A DNA stretch of 64,000 bases from Candidatus Saccharimonadia bacterium (GTDB taxonomy: Bacteria > Patescibacteriota > Saccharimonadia > Saccharimonadales > Saccharimonadaceae): assembly GCA_023257145.1 (NCBI GenBank), contig JALRDA010000131.1, positions 4,451 through 68,450 on the forward strand, in the 5' to 3' direction. A program made the position numbers and the translations under genes. The notes under the pieces were generated by a model that saw nothing but the letters and a program-made list of their open reading frames with translations, made no database searches and was not told the origin of the DNA. Within the stretch, counting starts at the first letter, position 1, and every line of letters starts with the position of its first letter. Positions 27,125 to 35,749 of this stretch are shown in pieces.

Positions 27125-29998
27125 ATGGCATTACAAGTTCGACGCTCGTCGTCAATCAAGGTTCGACTGATAACAACTTTAATTGCTGTGTTCGCACTTG
27201 TCGCGCAGCCACTGTATGGATTCGTCTCGGCGCAGATCGTAGATGCGGCACCCGTCGATACTCACGTAGTCGTGAATGAGATTATGGCATTTCCTCAAGA
27301 TGGTCAAAATGAGTGGATCGAACTATACAATCCAACCAATGCAGACGTGTCACTTGTAGGTTGGAATATTATCTTCGGTGGCGGACAGCAGTATGCCATA
27401 CAAACACCCGTCATTGCGGCTAAGAGTTACGCAGTGGTCGATGGGCCCGACGCAAATAGCTATATCAGTAATGATAGCGAGACTATTGGATTAGCTAATA
27501 CAAATGGTGTGACGGTCGATTCTGTGACGTATTCTGCGATTACTCAAGGGAAGTCATACGCACGTTCGTATGATGCGGCTGATACATTTACTGCACAAGC
27601 CACTCCTAGTAAAAATGCAACTAATGGCCCTGTGCCAATCGCTGCTTGCGCTACAACATCACAGGTGCACAGCACAAGCCTGACCGCGTGGGATCGAGGC
27701 GACACGCGAGCAAATGGTCACAATGAATTAGTGTCTGGTGGCTTGCGAGTATATACGGACGGCAGTACTGACGAAGGGTCTCGCACGGATGGAGCTCCGG
27801 GGAATTGGAACACTGATAAAGCAGCGGGATATCATGCACTTAATATCCCTTTGTCAAAGATTGGTCAGCCTGCTATTGAGTTCGCCTCCACGGCAGGCGG
27901 ATTGCCTGGTTTGCAATTAGGACTAGACCGTGATGGTAATGGAACCTGGGACGGATACCTCGTTAATGAAGGCAATCTATACGGCGCGAATAACTGGTGG
28001 GTCAATAAGGATGGTTTCGGTGTGCCTGCTGGCGGCGGCTATAAATCGCTCGGAAGCCTTAGCCAGTACCTTGCGGCAAATCCAAACGCTGTCGTACTAA
28101 GTTTTGGTTATAGTCTAGGATCAGGAGTAAAAGGTGATGTCGTTATTAGTAAGATCACCGCTGGTTGTACGGATTACACATTTGGACTTGATAAAACAGC
28201 GCCTGCGGTTCCATCTGTGAGTTTCTACGATCAAAACACAACGCAAAAATATAGCGCTGGCTTTACCGCGACGGAAAACTTTACTTTCAAGCTTGCGAAT
28301 GCACAGTCTGACGAAACAGCTCGATATCAGTTGAAATACTGGAATGTCATTCCGGGATCAGGATATAACGGCTCTGATCGTGCATGGTCGCTAAATGATA
28401 TGGCGGGTTATTCGTCTGCGCTCGGTGTTTACAATGATCGATTTAGTCAGGGTGAAGGCAAGCATTACTTTAGCTTTAGCGCCTGTGACGCGGCAGGAAA
28501 TTGTTCTGACTTTTCGCAGCCATTCGAGATTACCTATGATAAGACTGCACCAACTGACCCAGCAGGCCTCCAGTTATTTACAAAGGCTGGAAAGCAAATT
28601 ACCAATGGCTACACCAATGCATATGACGTCACAGCAAAATGGACCGCTAGTAGTGACGTGAATGGCCTTTCGTACCAATACAAGTACTGGAATACTATTG
28701 CGAGTAGCGCATATAACAAATCAGAAGCTAATGCAGAGTACTGGAATGTGGGCACGGGAACGACTAACCCTGGTGTATTCAACCAGGGCGAAGGGCAGCA
28801 CTACCTAGCTGTTCGCAGTATTGATAACGCTGGCAATGTATCCGCATGGACTGATTCGTTTGGCGTGATCTACGATGCCACTAAGCCAATGATTGCCGCA
28901 TCTGCGGACAAAGATACGACTGTAAGCGGTACAAAGACGTTTACGATCAACCAAACAGAAGCAAACCCTTCGACTTTATATGTTGAATATATGGAAAAGA
29001 ATCCTGCTGGCGTATGGCAAAAGAAACTTGGTAAGGAGTTTACTGGAAATACTGCCGATCTCGTCGTTGATACAACGAAGTGGAATGATGGCTTGCATCA
29101 GATAAAGGTGACTAGTAAAGATAAAGCTGGCAATAGCGCAGGTTATTCATTTACGGTAACTGTCGCAAATCCTCAGCCAATGGTTGTTGGTGAAAACTTC
29201 AACACATACGCTGGAGCGGATTACAAAGGTATTAGTGTTGGATTCTCTATCGATAACTTTAAGACGGTAAATGGCGTTTCGGTGTCATTGTATGATGCTG
29301 CCGGCAATTTGCTTGTAGAGAATGTGCACAATACGAAATTGTTGGATCTGATTAATGATGATGGTGTAAAACAATTAAGTACACCATTTATCGTCACACC
29401 TGGAACATACAACGAAGAATATTGGCAGCCGGGTGCTCGTGAATGGAAAGCTCAAGACAAGCCAGCGAAAGCTGTCATTGCCGTAACTGGCACTAATAGT
29501 GCTGGGCTGCCAGCGACACGATCGGTTGACATCCTGACACTGACAGAGCCAGATGGTGTTATGTTTGATGATACACTACCAACGATAGTGAACCTTCCGC
29601 CAGTAGTGGATGAAGATGATGACGAGTCTGTTCCTGTGAGCGGAAATACGAACGGATCGACAACTGGGACATTACCTTTGGTAGCACCGATCATCTTGGT
29701 GAACACACTCCCTGGCGCAACGACCTTCCTTGGCAATGTGTTTGATACGAGTTTTGCAGCCGGTGCAGCGGATGCTGGCACGACTCCTGCATCGGACAAC
29801 AATGCAGCTGTTCTTGGTACGCAAGATAAAAAGACATCAACGCCTCTGGCGGATACAGCAGCAATCGTGACTGCGGACAAAAATGGTGGTATCTTTAATC
29901 TTGCATGGTACTGGTGGGTTGTATTGTTCGCCGCGGCAATTTCTGGCTGGCTATTACTCGCAGCAGTTATTCGACGCATTCGAGGCACTGAACTGTAA
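27125..29998 (+). CDS. Large surface protein with a lamin-tail domain, repeated Ig-like modules and a C-terminal WYWW-TM anchor
   Basis: The signal anchor is RLITTLIAVFALVAQP. The LTD signature is VVVNEIMAFPQDGQNEWIELYNPTNADVSLVGWNI. Repeated modules contain ..Y.YKYWN...QGEG.HY......D.AGN.S. The C-terminus is NLAWYWWVVLFAAAISGWLLLAAVIRRIRG. Confidence 0.8.
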   Translation: MALQVRRSSSIKVRLITTLIAVFALVAQPLYGFVSAQIVDAAPVDTHVVVNEIMAFPQDGQNEWIELYNPTNADVSLVGWNIIFGGGQQYAIQTPVIAAKSYAVVDGPDANSYISNDSETIGLANTNGVTVDSVTYSAITQGKSYARSYDAADTFTAQATPSKNATNGPVPIAACATTSQVHSTSLTAWDRGDTRANGHNELVSGGLRVYTDGSTDEGSRTDGAPGNWNTDKAAGYHALNIPLSKIGQPAIEFASTAGGLPGLQLGLDRDGNGTWDGYLVNEGNLYGANNWWVNKDGFGVPAGGGYKSLGSLSQYLAANPNAVVLSFGYSLGSGVKGDVVISKITAGCTDYTFGLDKTAPAVPSVSFYDQNTTQKYSAGFTATENFTFKLANAQSDETARYQLKYWNVIPGSGYNGSDRAWSLNDMAGYSSALGVYNDRFSQGEGKHYFSFSACDAAGNCSDFSQPFEITYDKTAPTDPAGLQLFTKAGKQITNGYTNAYDVTAKWTASSDVNGLSYQYKYWNTIASSAYNKSEANAEYWNVGTGTTNPGVFNQGEGQHYLAVRSIDNAGNVSAWTDSFGVIYDATKPMIAASADKDTTVSGTKTFTINQTEANPSTLYVEYMEKNPAGVWQKKLGKEFTGNTADLVVDTTKWNDGLHQIKVTSKDKAGNSAGYSFTVTVANPQPMVVGENFNTYAGADYKGISVGFSIDNFKTVNGVSVSLYDAAGNLLVENVHNTKLLDLINDDGVKQLSTPFIVTPGTYNEEYWQPGAREWKAQDKPAKAVIAVTGTNSAGLPATRSVDILTLTEPDGVMFDDTLPTIVNLPPVVDEDDDESVPVSGNTNGSTTGTLPLVAPIILVNTLPGATTFLGNVFDTSFAAGAADAGTTPASDNNAAVLGTQDKKTSTPLADTAAIVTADKNGGIFNLAWYWWVVLFAAAISGWLLLAAVIRRIRGTEL

Positions 29999-30020
29999 TA
30001 CATTTTGACCTAATAAAAAT

Positions 30021-30049
30021 GCGAGAGGCGATAGCGCTCTCGCTTTTTT
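30021..30049 (+). terminator. Intrinsic terminator after the LTD protein gene
   Basis: The stem gcgagag/ctctcgc with a 9-nt loop is followed by tttttt. Confidence 0.75.
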
Positions 30050-30077
30050 ATTTGCCATTCTATATACTATAAGCACT

Positions 30078-30977
30078 GTGAAAGTCGCGTCCAAAAAAAT
30101 GAAGAAAGCTTCACTGAAAACCCATTTGCATCGACAAGTGAAATTAGCGGTGGTTCCACATAAGGCAAACCACTATAGGCCGCATCTGGTGCGCCGCGTT
30201 GGACTGGCGTTGATTCTTCTAGCGGTTGTAGGCCTAAACGCCGGATATAATGCAAAGACGACCGGAACTGTTTTGGGCGATAAAGCGAACATTACCATCG
30301 ATGCTTTAGCGCAGGCGACAAATGATGCTCGTGAGCAGAATAGTCTACGTCCGCTTATAGTAGATCAAAAGCTAAATCAGGCTGCGTATCTAAAAGCTAA
30401 AGATATGTTTGCAAAGCAGTACTGGGCGCACGTCGCACCAGATGGGGCACAGCCTTGGCGGTGGTTTGCGGATGCCGACTATAACTATAGTGTCGCTGGT
30501 GAAAACCTAGCGAAAAACTTCTATACCGTCGAGTCGACAACTGACGCATGGATGAGTTCATCAGAGCATCGCGCAAATATACTCGGACAAGATTATACGG
30601 AAGTCGGGTTTGCAGTTATGAGCGGTTCGCTGCAGGGGAAGGAGACAACGATTGTGGTTGCACTGTATGCTGCACCAGCCGTCAGCGTTGCCGGCGCGCA
30701 AGACGTAGCGCCAGCGGCAGTCGCAATTGCTCGGCCACCCGGTGGGGTTGTGTCTCAGTTTGGCGTGATTATGCAGTCACTTAGTCCTGCCGCCACTGGT
30801 TCGATAGTCCTGCTGATGATCGCGGGTCTCGTTGCGTTCACTGCGCACCTATATCGAAATAAACTTCCTAAGTCGCTGCGGCAATCGTGGTATCGTCACC
30901 ATGGCGCATACAAGATGGCAGGACTTGCGTCGATTATCGTCGTTGTTGCGACGGTGTATAGTGGCGGACAGATCTAA
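30078..30977 (+). CDS. CAP/SCP (PR-1-like, YkwD-type) domain protein with membrane segments
   Basis: Motifs ..YWAHV.PDG..PW.W........AGENLAKNF....S..DAWM.S.EHRANIL...YTEVGFAV are present. It has an N-terminal anchor and two C-terminal TM helices. Confidence 0.85.
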   Translation: MKVASKKMKKASLKTHLHRQVKLAVVPHKANHYRPHLVRRVGLALILLAVVGLNAGYNAKTTGTVLGDKANITIDALAQATNDAREQNSLRPLIVDQKLNQAAYLKAKDMFAKQYWAHVAPDGAQPWRWFADADYNYSVAGENLAKNFYTVESTTDAWMSSSEHRANILGQDYTEVGFAVMSGSLQGKETTIVVALYAAPAVSVAGAQDVAPAAVAIARPPGGVVSQFGVIMQSLSPAATGSIVLLMIAGLVAFTAHLYRNKLPKSLRQSWYRHHGAYKMAGLASIIVVVATVYSGGQI

Positions 30978-31066
30978 ATATATACGGATATGGTTGCATT
31001 GATCATCAGATGATGATTAGATATTATTTATCATGAGCCAAATCGGTGTCATGTGAATGTAAGTGA

Positions 31067-31432
31067 ATGGGGACTCGGATGAGTATTGTGATCTTGGAGG
31101 TTCAAGTTCGAATCTTTATTCTCGGCAGGGGTAAGCAATTTCCTGACGAAGAAGTAGTTCGACTTGCGCAACGAGAGATTGGTGACGATTATATTGATCC
31201 AATCAAGCAGCGTGCTCGTGCGATACTGGATGAGTACGCGAATGACCCCAAAGCGGCTAGCATTCCTGAAGGGGAGAAGCCAATAGTCGTCCAGAAGGCA
31301 AAGCTGCTATTGGCTTACATCGACAACCTTAATCAAATTGAGACGTCGATAAACCCTCAACCCACGCTAGACGAAAGGGTGGAGAGCGATCGCGCACAAG
31401 GCTCGATCAACCGATCAAGTCTAAATCTTTAG
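31067..31432 (+). CDS. Hypothetical protein (start uncertain)
   Basis: ORF only, with no recognisable motif. Confidence 0.3.
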   Translation: MGTRMSIVILEVQVRIFILGRGKQFPDEEVVRLAQREIGDDYIDPIKQRARAILDEYANDPKAASIPEGEKPIVVQKAKLLLAYIDNLNQIETSINPQPTLDERVESDRAQGSINRSSLNL

Positions 31433-31502
31433 CAGGCCGACCCAAGAGTGTCATTTTGTAGTACCTGCAAGCATGCATCGAGTCGTTTGAATGGAGAATG
31501 CA

Positions 31503-31730
31503 ATGTCCCAGTACACAACCAGGCAGTGCCAGACGGTACGTCAAGCCATGCGTCAATTGTCATTTCAGGATGCGGGGCTTCGGCAGTATGCCGAGTCTGG
31601 CAGCATAGCAAGCGACAGCTTGCCGGCGCTCAAAAAGCGGTTGGAAGAGATTGCTAGCGATCGCGATCACTCCGACGCCAAGAACGCCGCCGACGTACTG
31701 TCGATCATTAGAGGCTTCGCAGTGTCGTAG
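31503..31730 (+). CDS. Small hypothetical protein in a GC-elevated patch
   Basis: SD ggaga lies 8 nt before ATG 31503. The ORF ends just before a strong terminator. Two lines counted inside (31561-31680) give 70/120 = 58% G+C. Confidence 0.4.
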   Translation: MSQYTTRQCQTVRQAMRQLSFQDAGLRQYAESGSIASDSLPALKKRLEEIASDRDHSDAKNAADVLSIIRGFAVS

Positions 31731-31750
31731 CTGACTGTCGACCAGATAAC

Positions 31751-31797
31751 GAGCCCGTCTATGGAATTGAGTCCACTCTTCCATAGACGGGCTCGGT
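31751..31797 (+). terminator. Strong stem-loop terminator
   Basis: A 14-bp perfect stem gagcccgtctatgg/ccatagacgggctc with a 16-nt loop is followed by ggtttc. Confidence 0.65.
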
Positions 31798-31873
31798 TTC
31801 ATATCTAGGGCTCTTGTGAAAACCGGTTCAATCTGTTACAATTGACAACTGATTAGTTAATAAAAGGAATCAT

Positions 31874-32182
31874 ATGACAAAAGCAGTCGTTAAGATCGGC
31901 GGAAAACAATTCGTTGTCGCCGAAAAAGAGACCCTACTGGTGGACCTCCTCCAGGAAGGCACAAAAGAGCTCACGCTTGATGCACTGTTGGTAATTGATG
32001 GTGATAAAACTACCGTCGGCGCGCCAACTGTAAAAGGTGTGAAAGTTACCGCAAAGGTCGTTGACGATCTTGTTAAGGGCGAAAAAGTCCGCATTATTCG
32101 CTACAAAGCGAAAAAGCGCGTCCACAAAGAAATGGGCCACCGCCAAAAATACAGCCGCGTTGAAATTACTTCAATCAAATAG
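31874..32182 (+). CDS. rplU: 50S ribosomal protein L21
   Basis: The sequence MTKAVVKIGGKQFVV.E...L.VD.L......KV....V..YKAKKR..K..GHRQ.Y is typical of L21. Confidence 0.93.
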   Translation: MTKAVVKIGGKQFVVAEKETLLVDLLQEGTKELTLDALLVIDGDKTTVGAPTVKGVKVTAKVVDDLVKGEKVRIIRYKAKKRVHKEMGHRQKYSRVEITSIK

Positions 32183-32191
32183 CTGATAAAA

Positions 32192-32228
32192 AACCCCGCA
32201 TGAAATAATGCGGGTTTTTTATTTTTTT
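32192..32228 (+). terminator. Intrinsic terminator after rplU
   Basis: The stem cccgca/tgcggg with an 8-nt loop is followed by ttttttattttttt. Confidence 0.8.
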
Positions 32229-32300
32229 ACATCATCCAGTCGATCGTGCTCATGCTATACTGAGGCAAGTAAAACAACGTATCGACAGTGGAGGCCGAGG

Positions 32301-34889
32301 GTGAGAATAAAGCAGACAGTTCGCAGTAAGATGATGCGAGGATTTTTTGTAATAACGGCACTTGTTCTTGGTCTGACGTCGGCTGTATCGATCAGTGGTA
32401 ATAATCAAGCATCGGCTTTGGAGTCGTGGCAAACTGATGGCTGGTATCAGATTAGTACGGGATCGTCGCATACTTGCGGTATTTCTCACGATCAAAAAAG
32501 CGTGTACTGCTGGGGGTATTCATATGGTGGTGGGTTGGGGAGCGGAGACTCTGAACCGTACCAACCTATGCCCGGTGCAGTTGACACGAGCGGCATATTG
32601 ACGAGTAAGACCTTCACGTCGATTGCGACAGGGCAGGATATGACCTGCGTTATTGCAGACGGACAAGCCTACTGTTGGGGGCGTAGAACTGGCGATGGTA
32701 CGTATGAATCTCGGCTGGCGCCAGTTGCGGTGAATACTTCGGGTGTTTTGGCTGGTAAGGTGCTCAAGTCGGTTACTATGGGCCATGGCCATACCTGCGT
32801 GCTTGATACTGGCGGTAAAGCCTACTGCTGGGGTGGCACGGAAGGTGGTGAGCTTGGAGTAGCGGGGCAACTATACTCGTCCACACTGCCTGTAGCAGTA
32901 GACACGGACGGTGCTCTAGCTGGCAGGACATTAGTGTCAATTCAAGCAGGTACTCGGCATACGTGTGCAATAGATGTGGCCGGTTTGGCATACTGCTGGG
33001 GATATGTCGACAATGGACAATTGGGCGACAATCCGTCTCAATCTGAACTGGAGCAGGGTGGATTTAAAGCACCCGTAGCTGTGGATATGTCCACAGTGTT
33101 AGCGGGAAAGACGATTCTCTCAATTGCAACACCATATGGGTATACCTGTGTAATTGCGTCTGATCATCGCGCATACTGCTGGGGCGTGAACAACAATAGT
33201 CAGCTAGGAGATGGAACGTCTGTCGCAAGTACTATGCCCGTTGCGGTTGCTACCAGCGGGGTTTTGGCGAGTAGAGATTTAACTCAAATTTCTGGTAACG
33301 GCGACGATAGTGTTTGTGTCCTTGGTACTGATGGGCTAGCCTACTGTTGGGGTGGAAATCGATACGGACAGCTGGGCAATGGAACTGAGCGCTTTGGTGA
33401 GTATTCGGAGCTGCCGACTGCAGTAAATACTAGTGGCGTTTTGGCTGAACGAACATTGAAAAATCTGTCTGGTGGTGCATACCGAATGTGTAGTATCGAC
33501 GTGTCTAACACTGCATTCTGCTGGGGTGATAATGGTGCTAATACACTTGGCAACTCCGGTCACGAAAGTGACGCCTATGTCACTTCGCCTGTAAAGGTTG
33601 GCGTGGCTGATCCGTTTATCGAATCGTATTCTCCGGTAACTAGACTACGAACAGGTGACGGATCAAAGGTGGGTAGAGTGTATGGACAGTTTTTTTCTGC
33701 TGACGCAAGGGTATTTGTCGGCACTCAAGAGGCAGTTGTAACTTCAAGTAGTCCGTATACGCTACTTTACACCATTCCGGTATCTAACAATGCTGGGGTG
33801 AGGGATGTGAAGGTTGTAAATCCTAATGGAGCATCTGCTACAAAAAATGGAGCAATAACATATTTTGCGGCTGATGAGCCAAGCATAGCCAATGTTGATT
33901 TTGATTATGGTGATCAAAATATGCTTATTATCAACGGGACAGGATTTTTATACGATCCGCTTGATCGATATAATTTCGAAGAAGCATACGACCGCTCGTT
34001 AGTGACCTTTAATGGAGTTAAACTTGCATATTGTGTTCAAGGCACTGGTCGCACGCTCGAACAAGAGCAGCAGTACATGACTGATAAGACTGTTGTTACC
34101 GACACCGCACCATGCTACTACATGTATGACACCGATTACAACGGGCTGATTACGTACACGAAAGCAATTGTTTTGCTTCCGGAAGATTATGACATTAGCG
34201 CAGGTGGGACGGTCTCTGTAAATGGTTCACCTGAGTTTTCATTAGGGCAGTCGACGCCGCCATCGACTGAGCAGCCAGCGCCAACTGTACCAGCAGTCCC
34301 GCCTGTTGTGAGCCAGAATCCTGCAAATGATACCAAGGTTCAGTCATCCGATAGTGCGGTCAAACCAAAGCCAGTGACGGTATCTAATACTCAGCAGGGG
34401 TCATTTGTAGAGATTGCCAAGAATGCACCGATTGAAGATCGTATCTCGGCAAAGGCTATCAGAATCAACGGCAATGCTATTGAAAGCAATATGTCGATTA
34501 GCGCACTTCCGACATTTAGTGGAGCTGCACCAGCTGGCAGCAGGATAACAGTGACGGTTCATTCGGATCCTGTAACATGCGGGGCAGTTACTAAAAGTGA
34601 TGGCACGTGGTCATGCACGTTACCGACGAAGCTTCCGGTGGGGCAACATACGGTTCGCTTTGCGGCAGTGACGCTTGATGGTGAAGAAGTCCAGTATGGT
34701 CCATACGACGTAACGGTAGTAGATAATGAGCGAGAGGCTGCGCAAGCTTCGTCGTTAGACGCTACTAATCGTGATGACGAAGCAAAAAAACAAGCGCCGA
34801 ATATTATGCAATCTTTACTTATTGGTCTTGGGGGACTGATATTGGTCGGCGTCATTATCGCTGCTGCAATCAGATTCCGACGTCGATAA
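32301..34889 (+). CDS. Surface protein with a 7-bladed RCC1-repeat beta-propeller, IPT/TIG-like and Ig-like domains and a C-terminal TM anchor
   Basis: There are seven repeats ending in ..YCWG....G.LG. (CWGYSYGGGLG, CWGRRTGDG, CWGGTEGGELG, CWGYVDNGQLG, CWGVNNNSQLG, CWGGNRYGQLG, CWGDNGANTLG). The signal is FFVITALVLGLTSAVS and the C-terminus is LLIGLGGLILVGVIIAAAIRFRRR. SD ggagg sits before GTG 32301, with ATG 32331 as an alternative start. Confidence 0.85.
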   Translation: MRIKQTVRSKMMRGFFVITALVLGLTSAVSISGNNQASALESWQTDGWYQISTGSSHTCGISHDQKSVYCWGYSYGGGLGSGDSEPYQPMPGAVDTSGILTSKTFTSIATGQDMTCVIADGQAYCWGRRTGDGTYESRLAPVAVNTSGVLAGKVLKSVTMGHGHTCVLDTGGKAYCWGGTEGGELGVAGQLYSSTLPVAVDTDGALAGRTLVSIQAGTRHTCAIDVAGLAYCWGYVDNGQLGDNPSQSELEQGGFKAPVAVDMSTVLAGKTILSIATPYGYTCVIASDHRAYCWGVNNNSQLGDGTSVASTMPVAVATSGVLASRDLTQISGNGDDSVCVLGTDGLAYCWGGNRYGQLGNGTERFGEYSELPTAVNTSGVLAERTLKNLSGGAYRMCSIDVSNTAFCWGDNGANTLGNSGHESDAYVTSPVKVGVADPFIESYSPVTRLRTGDGSKVGRVYGQFFSADARVFVGTQEAVVTSSSPYTLLYTIPVSNNAGVRDVKVVNPNGASATKNGAITYFAADEPSIANVDFDYGDQNMLIINGTGFLYDPLDRYNFEEAYDRSLVTFNGVKLAYCVQGTGRTLEQEQQYMTDKTVVTDTAPCYYMYDTDYNGLITYTKAIVLLPEDYDISAGGTVSVNGSPEFSLGQSTPPSTEQPAPTVPAVPPVVSQNPANDTKVQSSDSAVKPKPVTVSNTQQGSFVEIAKNAPIEDRISAKAIRINGNAIESNMSISALPTFSGAAPAGSRITVTVHSDPVTCGAVTKSDGTWSCTLPTKLPVGQHTVRFAAVTLDGEEVQYGPYDVTVVDNEREAAQASSLDATNRDDEAKKQAPNIMQSLLIGLGGLILVGVIIAAAIRFRRR

Positions 34890-34908
34890 TTAAATCCCAT
34901 AATATTAA

Positions 34909-34937
34909 AATCTCCGCATAGTAAAGCGGAGATTTTT
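34909..34937 (+). terminator. Intrinsic terminator after the RCC1 protein gene
   Basis: The stem tctccgc/gcggaga with an 8-nt loop is followed by ttttt. Confidence 0.75.
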
Positions 34938-34987
34938 ATTTATGCTCATGCTATAATAGTCCAAAAGAGAGAGGGAAGATAAACACT

Positions 34988-35749
34988 GTGACGACTGTCA
35001 TATCTGTAACAAATCAAAAGGGTGGCGTTGGTAAGACGACAAGTGCGGTCAATATTGCCTATTACCTAGCAAAGATGGGCAAAAAGACGTTGCTAGTTGA
35101 TTTTGATCCGCAGGGTAATGCATCCAGCGGCCTTGGGATTGATAAGCAGCAACTAGAGGGTTCGATGACGGATGTCATTCTTGAGACAAAATTATTGACG
35201 GATATTATCATACCTACTGATCACAAGAATCTTTTTTTGGCGCCGACGACGTCACATCTTGCAAACACTGAAGTCGAGCTGGCTCAGGCAAACCGGCGAT
35301 TTACTCGATTAAAAAATGCGATCGAAAATACGCCAAATTACGACTACATTATTATTGATAGCCCACCAAGCCTGAGCTTGTTGACGGTAAATGGTTTAAT
35401 AGCCGCGCGATATGTTTTGCTACCTGTGCAGGCAGAGTTTTACGCACTCGAAGGCCTGGGGCAGTTACTTGAGACGATGAAACTTATCCGCAAAAGCATG
35501 AACCCAACACTCGATTTGATTGGCGTGTTACCGACGATGGTGGATGGACGGACGACACTTAGCGGCCAGGTGCACGAAGAAATCAAGAAGCATTTTCCTG
35601 GTAAGGTGTTTAAGACAGTTATTCCGCGTAATATTCGTCTCGCCGAAGCGCCAAGTCATGGACTGCCTGTAGGTGTCTACGACAAGTTTTCAAAAGGTGC
35701 TCGCGCATACAAAGCGGTGACAAAGGAGGTGATTGAGCGTGTCGGTTAA
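34988..35749 (+). CDS. parA: Chromosome partitioning ATPase ParA/Soj
   Basis: The deviant Walker A NQKGGVGKTT, DFDPQGN and IIDSPPSL motifs are present. The start is GTG. Confidence 0.92.
   Translation: MTTVISVTNQKGGVGKTTSAVNIAYYLAKMGKKTLLVDFDPQGNASSGLGIDKQQLEGSMTDVILETKLLTDIIIPTDHKNLFLAPTTSHLANTEVELAQANRRFTRLKNAIENTPNYDYIIIDSPPSLSLLTVNGLIAARYVLLPVQAEFYALEGLGQLLETMKLIRKSMNPTLDLIGVLPTMVDGRTTLSGQVHEEIKKHFPGKVFKTVIPRNIRLAEAPSHGLPVGVYDKFSKGARAYKAVTKEVIERVG

Noticed and set aside
29452-30003. A 183-aa minus-strand ORF at the end of the LTD protein gene.
   Set aside because: It is antisense to a well-supported long gene. Its low-complexity Ala/Ser/Val sequence mirrors the Ala/Thr/Asp-rich linker on the + strand.
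31070-31125. The sequence ggggactcggatgag...ggaggttcaagttcgaatc resembles a tmRNA 5' end or a tRNA T-arm (GGTTCGAATC).
   Set aside because: No acceptor-stem complement (ccgagaa) lies upstream. The candidate T-stem tcaag/cttta is mismatched, there is no GGAUUCGAC box, and there is no tRNA-like 3' end with CCA about 350 nt downstream. This is most likely a chance resemblance inside an ORF.
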